64,000 nucleotides of DNA from Octopus bimaculoides (taxonomy: Eukaryota): positions 102,899,069-102,963,068 of the forward strand of contig NC_068987.1 of the NCBI RefSeq assembly GCF_001194135.2, in the 5' to 3' direction. Position numbers and translations under genes: made by a program. Below, in pieces: positions 13,146-26,999 of this stretch. The notes beneath the pieces are model-generated. The model was given only the letters and a program-made list of their open reading frames with translations, had not been told where the DNA came from and made no database searches. Every line of letters begins with the position of its first letter. Position 1 is the first letter of the stretch.

Positions 13146-13879
13146 GTTGCTGCTGCAGGAGCACCTGAATTTTCGAAAGTCTTTTTCCTTGAGCTTCATG
13201 TTGCTGGTTATTCAAAAGGGGAATTCAGAGAAGCAGCATGCAAGAAAGACAGAAACATAATCGAAATAGAAATCACGTTTATTGTGAGACATGATTCGTA
13301 GCCGATTAACGTTAGAAGATGTCTCAAAGACACTTGTGTTCAATTGACTTACGCAAAACATGTAATGCATTTCTGTATGCGTGTACATAGGCACATTATA
13401 TTTTCATAACATGGGTAATATATATGTGAAGTTAACATTTCAGTAAGTGTTCGTTTCCTATATAATATATACACACTCTACTTCGTGTATAGAGTGACTT
13501 CTTGTGTGTACACGTGCATTCGCCATTTCATATTTATGTTTGTGTTGTGTGTGCGTGCGTGTAATTGTGTGCGTGCGTGTAATTTTGTGTGCGTGTGCGC
13601 GTGTGTGCGTACGTACGTGTGTGTGTACGTACGTGTGTGTGCGCGAGTGTGTGCATATTCAATATGAATTGCATAAGAAGGTATAAGCCAGACGCTGGAG
13701 GAGCTGGATGTGTTGCAGTTGATTCAGGGAATAACATTCAAGTAGAAGAAATGAATTCCTGATTGAGAAGGAAGCTAACGGTGATTATATTCGATATCCT
13801 TATGGGATATTACTGTCTGATAGTTCTTATAAATATGAACTGTTCTTATAAACTCGGAACAACATTTTATGTCTATGCA

Positions 13880-16300
13880 TTTGGTGTATCAACATTTATA
13901 TCAACCGGGAAATAGTGGCATACACACACGCTCTCAAATAATTAGTATCCTCATCATGGAAATATCGCAAATTCTATGGAGAGATAGTGGTTAAGTTGTA
14001 AGAGATAATCATTCGATGTTGTATTCTGGTGGTAAACTGCATACAAAAGGCTTGGGAATTAAAAGGAAGCTACCATAGAAAACCATTTACTGAGTATTTG
14101 ACAATATCGGATACAGTGATAAAAACGATGAAACACCATGGGAATACGTTTCAATATGAACATCATTCACTTATATATTTGTATATCATTACATAGTGAT
14201 GATGAGTTGAAAAAATTCTACCAACATATTGCGAATATAAGATAACAAAACCTGAATGATCCATATTCACAAGTCATTTTAATGCATATGTAGGCAGAGA
14301 AAACACCTATCATAATAATTTTCGATATAGATTACATGAAAGAAATGAAAATAGTGACCGTCTGATCCGTTTTTTGTCAAAGAAATATTTTGGTAGACAT
14401 CTACTTTCTATTTTAGGAACCACAAAGTATAATATGTAACATACCATGAAATGAAATAGACTATGTAATGATAAACCAACAATTAGGATATTGAGCGAAA
14501 TTTGCAAAATATGCCCTGGAGCAGATATCAATTAATTAAATTGTACATCAAACCAAAGAAACTGAAAATGGTTAAAAGATGAGAACAATTAAACTGAACA
14601 AGCTACAACTGACAGAATACAAGCTATGTAGAATGTATAAATAAGGAACAAGAATGGATATTTATATAATGAAGAAGAAATGGAGGAAGCTTTTAATAAA
14701 GAACAAATGGAAGATAAATAGAACGCAATTAAAACTTGCATGCAAACATAATTAATGAAAGCGTTGCCTAAAACGGGGAAAGGGAAAGGAAAACTCCTCG
14801 ACAAATGAAATTCTATCAAAAATGGAAGGAAGAAAGAAATATGATACCGTTGGGGATAGACAGAGTTCTCTAAGTATAGAGATCTTTACTGAAAGTTGAA
14901 AAAGCACAAACTAAATGGTTTGGTGATCAACGCCAAAAAAAATGACAAAACTTAATAAATCTAAATACATATATGATTAAATTAATGAGATCACAAGTGG
15001 CAAATTCATGAATAAACAAATAACAAAATCAAGGAAATATTAACGATGAGCAGATTGCTCCTGTGTTGGTTGGATACATAAAAGAATTGTACGGTGATTA
15101 TCACAGAAAACTTGTGCCTAATTTGGAATTTGCTAATGGAACCAAAAGTTTAATAAGAAGTGTGGAAAAGTAATGACGTCGAAGAAACATCGAAAGGCAA
15201 CTCGTGCAAAATAAATACTTGCAAACGCATTAAACATATTTGATAACAGCATACGTCGAATAACAGACATTGGTAAAGTAATGTATTCGTTTGACCACTT
15301 TGATGACCTCGAGGAAGTAATCTATCTATGTTTCTTTGCCAGGGAAAACAGAATTTCAAGACTGTCACAATACTTCAATCCTAAGTTAAATAGATAATGA
15401 AAGAATTGAAACAAGCACAAATGAACAAACAAATCTCTACCAAGGCCATCGATAAAATATACCGTGAAAAATGATTTTCTAGAAATCAAGATATGCGATT
15501 AAATTAAGATTCCAAATAATGCTAAAATTTTGCTGAATGTAAACTTTAATGGAAAATACAACCATAAAAAGAAATGCAAAATTTCATACTAAGAAGGAAT
15601 TCAGGCAAGTCAGTTTACTATTTTTAGCGTACTTAAACTAATCACAGATAAGATCATCAGAGAAATAAAAGACATACCAGGGGTGTCAATAGGATGTAAG
15701 AAAATCATCCATGTTAGAAATGCAGACGACATTAGCCCTCAAATTTCTAATGGTTATAACATACAAAGCATTGTAACTACACTTGTAGCAACACTAAATG
15801 ACATAGGAATATCGTATTGAATGAAAATAAAATGGAAAAAAAAAAAGGAAAAATCACTGGTAATGAGCAAGAAACAATTACCAGAATTATATATTACAAT
15901 AAGGAGATACAATTGGAAAGACACATTATACGACGTTAGAAAATAAGATATATGAAGAGAAAATCAAAAGAAAGATTCAAAGACTTAGCTGAAAGATTGA
16001 AAGACCTAGCAATGTTCAACAATAGCACAAAGTCATTAATATGGAAATTAGAAAAGATTACGAAAATATGGTATATAATCCACGATATAAAACTAAAGCA
16101 TGGATATAAAGAAAAAGATTATAAGATAGATTAGAAACCTCTCAAATGTGAGCATAGAGAAAATTTGAGAATATATCGGCAGAAATATATCAATGATGAA
16201 GCAGATCAACTACGCCTTAATATTCCATACGTTACGATATATCGTACGATAGATTATAATGGAAAGCGTGTTGTAAATGGTGCTTAAAGATGAATGCGAG
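13880..16300 (+). mobile_element. RTE-clade LINE, near full-length and heavily decayed (APE endonuclease + RT)
   Basis: Frame-broken motifs in the expected order: EISQILWRDSG...MLYSGGKLHTKGLGI; FNMNIIHLY...SDDELKKFY; HFNAYVG; NEIDYVMIN; PGADIN; then GVSIGCKKIIHVRNADD (ADD at 15722-15730). Confidence 0.85.
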
Positions 16301-16544
16301 GCACTAATGTTCACATAGTACATCGTAATTTGCGTAAATGTTTAAGTGTTTCCTGCATGTAATTACAAATTCGAAGTTAGAACTATGACTAAAGAGCAAG
16401 ATGTTCAATTAAACGAAATAAGATACGTGCACAGGTAGCTATTTCATCGAATGTCTGCGATAATGTCGTGAAAGAACACTAACTACAATGGTTTAATGTA
16501 CTAAATCAGGGTTACGTTAGATCAGGGTTACGTTAGAAGGTGTT

Positions 16545-16625
16545 ATCCCGTGGCTCCAAGCAGCGGGTCTAAAAAAGGAACCATGTGGTTGTGAAGGAAT
16601 CTTCTTACCACATATCCACGCCTCT
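16545..16625 (-). mobile_element. SINE family B tRNA-like head fragment
   Basis: ggaaccatgtggttg...cttcttaccacatatccacgcct resembles 20410-20452 and the reverse complement of 35725-35790. Confidence 0.55.
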
Positions 16626-16924
16626 CTCAATGTACATATTGCTATGAATAGTAATGACTTTCCTATATTTCTTAAACCGAGCTTCTGCCATGTAAATTAA
16701 TTATGCAATTCTTTTAACAATCATGATAATATGAATTCATTTTTGCCGTGTTTCCTCTTCATTCTTTCTTGTTGTTGTTTTTTTTACCGTAACCACTTGT
16801 CGACCCAACAGTTGTGAGAATATAGGTCGGAAGAAAGTGCGGAGAAACTGTTGAATGGACTGTATTTCCAATTAAGATGGAGAACCTCCTTACACTGTCA
16901 TCCTAATTCCGTCCGAACTGTAGC

Positions 16925-17155
16925 ATGAGGTTGCAAATGCCTGTGGAATACTAAACCACTTATAATATACGTCAATCAAGAAGCACGTTTTTCGTATGTC
17001 TTTACGTTCTGAGTCTAAATTCCGCCAAGGTCGTCTTTGCTTTTCATCTTTTCGGGGGTCGATAAATTAAGTACCAGTTGCGTACTGGATCGATCTAATC
17101 GAATGGCTTCCGCCCCCAAAATTTCGGGCCTTGGGCCTATAGTACAAAAGAATAA
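16925..17155 (+). mobile_element. SINE family A
   Basis: tacgttctgagtctaaattccgccaaggtcg...ggggtcgataaattaagtaccagttgcgtactgg is the reverse complement of the copies at 1-160 and 54625-55052. Confidence 0.85.
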
Positions 17156-17488
17156 GTAAGCACTTTACTTCATCGAGAAACTGGAATATTCATCGTTGAA
17201 AAGTATGAAAACCCATTTGATTTAAACGGCCGTGCAAATGTGTGCACCGCAATGTATTTATTTAAGCAAGTATATATAAATATATATGATTAAATGCATG
17301 TAGGTACGTATGTATCTAAGTATGCGCTGGCAATGTCAGACAAGAAAACATTTTATGTCTGGACGCTATTTTCAATTTTACTCGTGTGTTGTAATTATTC
17401 TGAGGGGCAAAGCTATATTTTTACGACCTGACTGATAGCCCAACTCGAGATTTTTGGTCGTAAAACAGTAAAACATAATCAGAAATTA

Positions 17489-17544
<56 letters not shown>

Positions 17545-19028
17545 GATCCAGTCATTCTGGTTTTTATGGATGTATTGTTGATATACTTCCCACTACTTCT
17601 TCGCTTCTCTCAACCGCTAATGATATNNNNNNNNNNNNNNNNNNNNNNNNNNNNNNNNNNNNNNNNNNNNNNNNNNNNNNNNNNNNNNNNNNNNNNNNNN
17701 NNNNNNNNNNNNNNNNNNNNNNNNNNNNNNNNNNNNNNNNNNNNNNNNNNNNNNNNNNNNNNNNNNNNNNNNNNNNNNNNNNNNNNNNNNNNNNNNNNNN
17801 NNNNNNNNNNNNNNNNNNNNNNNNNNNNNNNNNNNNNNNNNNNNNNNNNNNNNNNNNNNNNNNNNNNNNNNNNNNNNNNNNNNNNNNNNNNNNNNNNNNN
17901 NNNNNNNNNNNNNNNNNNNNNNNNNNNNNNNNNNNNNNNNNNNNNNNNNNNNNNNNNNNNNNNNNNNNNNNNNNNNNNNNNNNNNNNNNNNNNNNNNNNN
18001 NNNNNNNNNNNNNNNNNNNNNNNNNNNNNNNNNNNNNNNNNNNNNNNNNNNNNNNNNNNNNNNNNNNNNNNNNNNNNNNNNNNNNNNNNNNNNNNNNNNN
18101 NNNNNNNNNNNNNNNNNNNNNNNNNNNNNNNNNNNNNNNNNNNNNNNNNNNNNNNNNNNNNNNNNNNNNNNNNNNNNNNNNNNNNNNNNNNNNNNNNNNN
18201 NNNNNNNNNNNNNNNNNNNNNNNNNNNNNNNNNNNNNNNNNNNNNNNNNNNNNNNNNNNNNNNNNNNNNNTATATATACATGTCTATACATACAAACACA
18301 CGCACATGTATATACATGTTCACACACATACAAGCACACTCACACATATATCTGTTTATATATGACGAAAAGTGTTTGTATGCATGTGTACGAGTGGCGG
18401 CATGTGTATAAGTCTATCACGGTATATTTATATTTATGAGCGCGTATTTGCGGGTGAGTGCAAATAACGATAGCGGAGAGATGGAAGCTTAGTGTTAGAC
18501 AAGTCAGCCCCATGGAGGAATGTATCATAAAAAAGGGGTAAGGAATGAGAGAGAAAGAGTGAACAAGAAGACGTAAAGATATGTTTTGCGGTTGCAAAAA
18601 GTCACGTCATATTAGCAACTTTCTTTTTATTCATTAGTGGTATGTTACTCTTTTCTGAGTTGTCTTAGTATGTTTCTTGTAAAATGTTATTTAAGATGTC
18701 TCAGTGGTTTTTATAGTTATTGCTTTCAATCTTGTAAGTTTTGCTATATATGATATATGTTTTCTTTTGCGTTTATCTATTGGCAGTAGATTGTTTTCTT
18801 GTTTATTATTAGTATTATTTTATTCTTTATTTTGTCTTTCGCTCGTGTCATTTCGCATGTTTAAGAGGTACTAAATATGTAGCTGAGACGTGTGAACGCA
18901 TGTGCATGCTTATACAATGATACATGCATATTTATATAAATGCATTTGTATATATTTACATATATATACACACACACATACATATATATATATGTATGTA
19001 TGTAAGTATATGTATACGTGTCTGTGTG

Positions 19029-19073
<45 letters not shown>

Positions 19074-19203
19074 NNNNNNNNNNNNNNNNNNNNNNNNNNN
19101 NNNNNNNNNNNNNNNNNNNNNNNNNNNNNNNNNNNNNNNNNNNNNNNNNNNNNNNNNNNNNNNNNNNNNNNNNNNGACAGAGAGAGAGGGCGATTCATAG
19201 ACA

Positions 19204-19256
<53 letters not shown>

Positions 19257-19855
19257 AAGATAGATAGATAGATAGATAAAGAAGAGCCTTTTAAATTAAT
19301 GATGATAATATTAGATTGATATTACTTTGTAACTCTGCTTATATATTAAAACCGAAAAAGGTGATGATCTACACACTTACAATCGAAAACTCGTTTTTCT
19401 TACGGTAGTGGAGTGTTAAAATGAACATACAAAAGACATATGGATCTCATAAACGGAATAAGCATTTTGAGATTCAAACATATAATACTAGCACTTAAAA
19501 TTGAAATTCTCACATTTAAGCACGCAAATCAGTTACATCTACCAACGTTTAAATTTCATATCCTGCAGATCAGACGGTGAAAAGCAAAAGGCATTCATTA
19601 TAAATTTTGGAAATTAATTGTTCCAAGCGACTCGGAAAATATGGGTGAAAGAAAATTAATTAAATGAATGAGACTACAATACATACTTGAAGATAAACTT
19701 ACATATAATACTTGTACGTATATATATATATACATATATATACAGACGCAAAATGCATGCATATATGTACACAGAGAAACACACGCTTACACAAACATTA
19801 ACATGTGTCTCATTTATATATGATTGTGTGTCTGCGCGTGTGAGAATGATTGTTA

Positions 19856-19899
<44 letters not shown>

Positions 19900-20068
19900 N
19901 NNNNNNNNNNNNNNNNNNNNNNNNNNNNNNNNNNNNNNNNNNNNNNNNNNNNNNNNNNNNNNNNNNNNNNNNNNNNNNNNNNNNNNNNNNNNNNNNNNNN
20001 NNNNNNNNNNNNNNNNNNNNNNNTATATATACATATACCAACACACATCTGAATATGTGTATATATGC

Positions 20069-20122
<54 letters not shown>

Positions 20123-20149
20123 ATGTGTGTGTGTGCGTGCTTGCGTGTG

Positions 20150-20452
20150 TTATCGGGTACTTAGCCTGGACCGCTAAGTGACGGGTATATAAACACACCA
20201 TCATTGGTTGTCACGTGGTGGGGAGGGGAGAAACGCAGACACAAAGCCAAACGCACACACATACACCCGTACACACATATATATATGTATATATATATAC
20301 ACACAAACACACGATGGCTTCTTTCCCGTTTCTGCCTATCAAAGCCATATACGAGGTTTTTATGCTATAGAAAACACCTGTCCAGATGTCACGTAGTGAG
20401 AATGACCACAAAGCCACGTGGTTTGGAAACAAACTACTTACCACACAGCCTC
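20150..20452 (-). mobile_element. SINE family B with internal microsatellite
   Basis: tRNA-like head at about 20390-20452, then (CA)/(TA)n, then the core acttagc...gctaagtgacggg...aaacac. Confidence 0.75.
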
Positions 20453-21715
20453 GTTTGCACTTCCATACACACACGCACAAACACACACATACACACGCAT
20501 ATATATGTATAGGTATATATATATGAAAAATACTGATAAAAGATGATAATGCGTCAATATTACATACATACATACATACAAACATGCATACATACAAACA
20601 TACATACATACAAACATACATGCATACATACATACATACATAATACATACATACATACATTCCAGAGGTGACTCCAGGTCATAAGTGTCACTCGGGCTCG
20701 TGAAGGATTTCCTCACTCGGACTCATCACAGATTTCGCATGAGACACATGCTTACTCGAAGTATTTCACGTTTTTTAGCAATATTTTTAGCCCCAAAATA
20801 CTTATTTTTTTATGTCTAGCACTTTTTCTTTCTCCTTTTCTACGTAAAGAGTAAAAAAAAAGCAGCCCAGAAAAACACAACTGATCTTTGCACAGAGACG
20901 CACAGAATTACAACAATCAAATAACGACAGCAGAGAGCAGAACAAACATCGGCGATCTGACTGTTAGCTGTTCTCTTGACAAGAGATGCCAGTTAGTTTT
21001 TTTACACCTACCAGTCTTGTTCGTATTAGCCCGAGTTGCTGGATAATTCTTCGTTCTTTTAAGAATATTGTTCAACGTAAACTTTTCATAGATTGGAATT
21101 TAAATCCTAATCTCTATAGAAATTTATTGTTTCAAGAAAAAAATTGAATTTGAATTACTTTTAATTTTTGCGATTATAGATAACAGTTCAGGTTGTAACT
21201 TCTGAAACCGAGTCAGGCGTGTGTGAACGATGTCGGGAGAACGCCTGTCACGAATGATATATTTTGAGACAGGGCACCTCTAAGATGACCACCAGATGCT
21301 GAAAAAAATNNNNNNNNNNNNNNNNNNNNNNNNNNNNNNNNNNNNNNNNNNNNNNNNNNNNNNNNNNNNNNNNNNNNNNNNNNNNNNNNNNNNNNNNNNN
21401 NNNNNNNNNNNNNNNNNNNNNNNNNNNNNNNNNNNNNNNNNNNNNNNNNNNNNNNNNNNNNNNNNNNNNNNNNNNNNNNNNNNNNNNNNNNNNNNNNNNN
21501 NNNNNNNNNNNNNNNNNNNNNNNNNNNNNNNNNNNNNNNNNNNNNNNNNNNNNNNNNNNNNNNNNNNNNNNNNNNNNNNNNNNNNNNNNNNNNNNNNNNN
21601 NNNNNNNNNNNNNNNNNNNNNNNNNNNNNNNNNNNNNNNNNNNNNNNNNNNNNNNNNNNNNNNNNNNNNNNNNNNNNNNNNNNNNNNNNNNNNNNNNNNN
21701 NNNNNNNNNNNNNNN

Positions 21716-21770
<55 letters not shown>

Positions 21771-21820
21771 GAAAGAAGAGAGTTTGTAGTGATGTACTGA
21801 TATTGTATATTGAGAATACT

Positions 21821-23374
21821 AAGGTAGTCAGAAAGTTTGATGATTATGTATATATATTTGCATATTATTGTATCTTATGTACACTTTTAGCGCTTTCTTT
21901 CGTTACCGGATTTATCAAAAAGTGGTTTAACGTTAGAGGTAAATAGGTGTGGATTTTGTACTGGTATGGTCAGACTTCTTTGCTTAGTACTCAGTGGTCA
22001 TTTAGGGTGGGGAAGGAAGAAGGAGTTTTGTATTTAAATTAGTCATGGTTTTAATTGAGAAACCAGATGTTGCTTTTGACTTCCTTCAGTAAAAAGTTAT
22101 AATTGCATCTCCATATTTGGTTTCTTTAATATTTTGTATTCATTAATGTAGGGGGATGTTGAGAGGTGTGCTTTTCGCATTTGTGTGGTTAAAGTTTTGT
22201 ACTGGTCAAATGTTTTTAATTGTTAAAGATGATCTCAAACCATTGTTAAAATCTTTTTTTACCACATTGTGTCTGGACCTTGCAAAACACTCCTGATTCC
22301 GAAACTGCATAAGAACGGCTGCTTTTTCTCTTTTGTACTTAACACTGTTCTTTCCTTTAGATAATTCTACGTTGGAGCTTTAAAATATATTCAAAGCAAA
22401 ACAGCCAACTAGAAATAGATAAATTTGGAAATATAATTGTGACAGCATTCTGTTTTGCTTTTTAAAAAATTTCATTATGAAGTTTGAAGGTCAAATACTC
22501 GGACAAAATCAAGAGTCATGGTTAAAATTACCAAAAGTTTCAAAATGTACTTAACCACAGAGATGAACCTTCAATTATATTAACTAATTATTTTGTTAAA
22601 AATCATGATGTGTACTTATGTGTGTATGGTGAGTATGTGTGCACAAATATGAACCTGTACATATATAGATGTCCTTGAGTGTGTGTGTGTATGTGTGTAT
22701 ATATATATAATTGTTGTGTGAGTGTATAGTGAACTGAAAAATAACTCTTTCGAAAACATCTCAAATTTCAATGAAGTAAAATTTACCACATCCATACAAC
22801 TATTCTTTAATGAGTACAAAAGAACAAGACTTGGAAATGAAATTACAATTTTTACTGAAGAGATTCAGAAACACCATCTGGTTTTCCAATTAAAAACATT
22901 TGACCAGCACAAACATTTAACCAGACTAATATGAAAACCGCACCTCTTTACCTTTTCCACATTAAAGAATACAAAGGAATAGAGAAACAAGATATAGAAA
23001 TGTAATTATAATATTTACTGAAGAAAGTCAAAAGCAACGTCTGGTTTTTTCAATTAAAACGTTGACTAATTCAAATGCAAAAATTATTTTTCTTTCCCCA
23101 ACCTAAAAGCCACTAATTACTAAACAAACAAACCTGAGTATACCAGTTCAGAAGCCACGCTTCTTTGCCTCCCTATTTCTCAAAAAAGCCTTTTCTTCTT
23201 TCTTCTCCTTTGCTTCGCAGATCCCACAAAATATTCTTATATATAAAAAGGTCAAGAAATTTAACTTTAAATCACGTTTTGATAAATCCGGTAATGGGAA
23301 AAAGCGCTAAAAGTGTAAATAAATATAATAAAATGTAAAAAATATATATAATCATCCAACAATCCGACTACCTT
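21821..23374. repeat. Long imperfect inverted repeat (arms about 21821-22222 and 22886-23374)
   Basis: Matching blocks include cttttagcgctttctttcgttaccggatttatcaaaa versus ttttgataaatccggtaatgggaaaaagcgctaaaag, and ccagatgttgcttttgactt versus aagtcaaaagcaacgtctgg. Confidence 0.85.
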
Positions 23375-23789
23375 ATTATTCTATATATATATATATATAT
23401 ATATGTATNNNNNNNNNNNNNNNNNNNNNNNNNNNNNNNNNNNNNNNNNNNNNNNNNNNNNNNNNNNNNNNNNNNNNNNNNNNNNNNNNNNNNNNNNNNN
23501 NNNNNNNNNNNNNNNNNNNNNNNNNNNNNNNNNNNNNNNNNNNNNNNNNNNNNNNNNNNNNNNNNNNNNNNNNNNNNNNNNNNNNNNNNNNNNNNNNNNN
23601 NNNNNNNNNNNNNNNNNNNNNNNNNNNNNNNNNNNNNNNNNNNNNNNNNNNNNNNNNNNNNNNNNNNNNNNNNNNNNNNNNNNNNNNNNNNNNNNNNNNN
23701 NNNNNNNNNNNNNNNNNNNNNNNTATATATATATATATATATATGAGACGCGACTACAACCAGCATCATTTTGCTATGGCTATGAGCGA

Positions 23790-24500
23790 AATGTCTTCTA
23801 TATAACTTGGAGTTCTATTATGTCACCTGATGAGGTATTTCTGCACGGTGGGGTCCATTGGAATACATCATATCATTCCTAGGTCGTCGTGATTTATTAC
23901 AGCATACTCTGTCTTCCGTATGAATTACTTAGGATACATATATAATTTCCTCCTCATTTGTATGGTCGCACTTCGAATATTGTTGCTCCCTGTGTCTCTC
24001 CACACAAAACAAAGCATTTCGGAAATTAAATCACCCCAGAGGCCATTCAATAAAAGAATAAGGGCATGACTGATCTCGATTATTTGGACCGCATCAAAGA
24101 ATTGAAACTCCATTATTTCCAGCGCCACCATGAGCGATCCGTCATTTACACGATGTCGAGAATATACCACCAACATTGCCCAAACGACCTCAACTTTAGC
24201 TTCAAAATTCATCCCTAACCCAATCCAGGTTTACAACACATAAACACACCGCAATACAATTTTATTTCCTCACCTGGCCCTGCTCTATATAATATTGTCC
24301 CGAAACAGATCAAAGAGGAACAGGATCCCATCACCTTTCCATCGAAGCTGCACACATTTCTTCAAGGAATAGCAGACAAGCCACTTTACCTGGATACAAC
24401 TCACTCAACAAGAATAGACCATGATACCACAAAACTTGACTTTAAAAGGATTTAGCTAAACCTATCAGGTGGTGCTATTAAGTTAGACATGATCTAGACC
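23790..24500 (+). mobile_element. CR1-clade LINE 3' fragment
   Basis: FVWSHFEYCCSL (compare VRxHLEYCxxxWSP); GMTDLDYLDRIKELKLHYFQRHHER (compare LxYxxRLxxLxLxSLxRRR); KLHTFLQGIADKP; followed by a 3' stem-loop GACC-AATCTTT-GGTC. Confidence 0.8.
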
Positions 24501-24519
24501 AATCTTTGGTCGAAACATG

Positions 24520-24972
24520 AGAAAGAGCACTCCGTCGGTTACGACGACGAGGGTCCTAGCTGATCCGATCAACGGAACAGCTTGCCCGTGAAATTAACGT
24601 GCAAGTGACTGAGCAATCCACAGACACGTGTACCCTTAACGTAGTTCTCAGGGAGATTCAGCGTGACACAGAGTGTGACAAGGCCGGCCCTTTGAANNNN
24701 NNNNNNGCTCGTGAAATTAACGTGCAAGTGACTGAGCAATCCACAGACACGTGTACCCTTAACGTAGTTCTCAGGGAGATTCAGCGTGACACAGAGTGTG
24801 ACAAGGCCGGCCCTTTGAAATACAGGTACTACGCATTTTTGCTAGCTGAGTGGACTGGAGCAGCGTGAAATAAAGTGTCTTGCTCAAGGACACAGCGCGT
24901 CGCCGGGAATTGAACTCAATACTTTACGATCGTGAGCCGAATGCCCTAACCACTGAGCCACGCGCCTTCACT
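24520..24972 (-). mobile_element. tRNA-derived SINE family C (contains a gap-associated duplication)
   Basis: The minus-strand head has A-box TGGCTCAGTGG and B-box GAGTTCAATTCC. The body is nearly identical to 31985-32362. Confidence 0.9.
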
Positions 24973-25394
24973 CGAAACATAACTAAAGTATATATGTGTG
25001 TGGGTGTGTGTGTGTGTGTGTGTGTATGTGTGTGTGTGTGTATTTATACATATATATTTACACATATATACATATGTATCTATATATATATATGTATGTA
25101 TATATATAGAGAGAGAGATACACATATGTATGTATCTATGTATGCATGCATGTATGCATGTGTATGTATGTACCGCTACGTTAAAACATGTTTAACAGTT
25201 CTGACAGCTTGCCGTCTTGAGATCTTAATAAGAATAAGATAAAAGAACTTGGATAGAATAGTATATTCAGTACAATAATCAGCCTTAAGTGTTACATGTT
25301 ATTGCTCTCATTAGGTTCAATAACACGTATCGCTGTAATACTGTCCATACTTAAGTAGAAATGTGAACACGGGTTCCACTTCGTTCATGTATAT

Positions 25395-25745
25395 AAGAGA
25401 AGTGGAGAAAGAAAAAAGGTCTTAGGGTAGGAGGCAAAACCATCACCAACATAAAATAGACAGATAGCGCAATCTTATTTACAGAACCGGAAAAGGAATT
25501 CCAAAGACATCTAGATGCAGCGACCAGAGGAAATGAGAGGAAGGGTCTGTTCATAAATTGCAAGAAGTCAGTGTGCATGATGGGGACAAAGATGTAAAAC
25601 CCAAAGTACATGCTTAAAGTGAACAATCACATCATTAGGAAAGTATATCCTTCAGCTAACTTGGAACGTTGATCACAGGAGACGCAAGATTTGCGGAGGA
25701 CATCAAAAGCAGCATAAGCAGCTTGCGCCATAATTCTAGTTCGAA
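25395..25745 (+). mobile_element. RTE-clade RT fragment, copy 1 of a local duplication
   Basis: GLRVGGKTITNIK*TDSAILFTEPEKEFQRHLDAA...KGLFINCKKSVCM is the decayed NNxRYADDxxL...GLxINxKKT block. Confidence 0.75.
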
Positions 25746-25759
25746 AATAAGCAATAATC

Positions 25760-26700
25760 TTAACCTTTTCGCAGAATGCATTTATATGCTTATGTCTGTA
25801 TACATATACGAAGCAGGTTGCCCTTTGGACAAGCTGTATTTGATACCCTGATGCTTTCGGATTTTTCATCGAGCTTTTTCTTTATTTTGGAATGATTCTC
25901 TTGTGGTATCTGGAACTGCAAAGATAGTAAATATATCATCAACCTTTCTAAACCTATGCAGATGAAATACTGCGGAGGTGATTCAAGTCTTAGACTTTTG
26001 AGTTTCCAGCGCAATAGCCTTTCGTCTTTTATTTTTGTGTGTGGCTATTATTTGTGAACTTGTTTTAGCTTTGTTATATGATATATGCATAATTCCATCA
26101 TAAATCGTTTATTTTTGTATGGAACTTTGTAGAGTGATGCTGCGAGGCCTACTAATGTCTTCCATTCAAGTTCTGCTCTGTATGGCGGAGAGAAATAGTT
26201 TGAAATTGTTCCAGTGTGAGCATGTCGTGGTTTAGATCCAATATATCAGTTGGAGTCTTGAATCTTACAATTACGTCATTTGTAATCGACTCAGATTCAT
26301 CATCAATAGTTTTTTTTCGGGCGAGACACATAGATTTAATTTATTATTAATATAGAGATTTAAAATTATAGTGGTATTTTCCCATTAGATTTAATTAATG
26401 ATTTGATGCAATGCATAGTGAATTCTGTTTTACGATATTTTTGATAATTTGTTCCTTTACCGTGTAACTAGTATGCATTTGATTTATATAATACACATTA
26501 TGTTTGGTTCTGTTTTAATAGGAGTGGCATACTTTTGTCGCGGTCTATTTCTTTTTACATGTTTTGTTGTATTGCTGATGTATGAGACTTTTTAGAATTT
26601 AGTTTGCATGTTATTGATTAGTATTAGCCATGTTGTATGGATTTCTTTAGCCAATGCACTTTTGTGAAGGAAAATCTAAATATCACAGTAAGAGTTTTTA
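25760..26700 (-). mobile_element. Possible degenerate CR1-like LINE fragment
   Basis: Weak motifs KLKSLRLES and GIMHISY on the minus strand; heavily frameshifted. Confidence 0.35.
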
Positions 26701-26999
26701 AACATTTTCATTGTGAGGAGAGTTACTGTCTCTAAGTGAATAAATACATTTATTTGTACCTTCGGGGTAAACAGACAACGTTTTATCTGATATTCTCTAA
26801 TACCGGACAAAATACCTCTAAGTATATTTTCCAGCGTACTAACAATTCTGACGGCTTACCACCTTGAGGAGATCTTAATAAAAATAAGATAAAAGAACTT
26901 GGATAGAATAGTATCTTCAGTACAATAATCAGCCTTAAGTGTTACATGTTATTGCTCTCATTAGGTTCAATAACACGTATCGTTGTAATACTGTCCACT

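Noticed and set aside
24585-24816. Exact ~110-bp tandem duplication in SINE C, superficially spacer/repeat-like
   Set aside because: The copies sit on either side of a 10-N gap (24697-24706), which indicates unmerged overlapping contig ends.
24905-24972. tRNA-like sequence with A and B boxes (also at about 54960-55052 and 32295-32362)
   Set aside because: These are SINE heads. They lack a complete cloverleaf acceptor stem and continue into SINE bodies.
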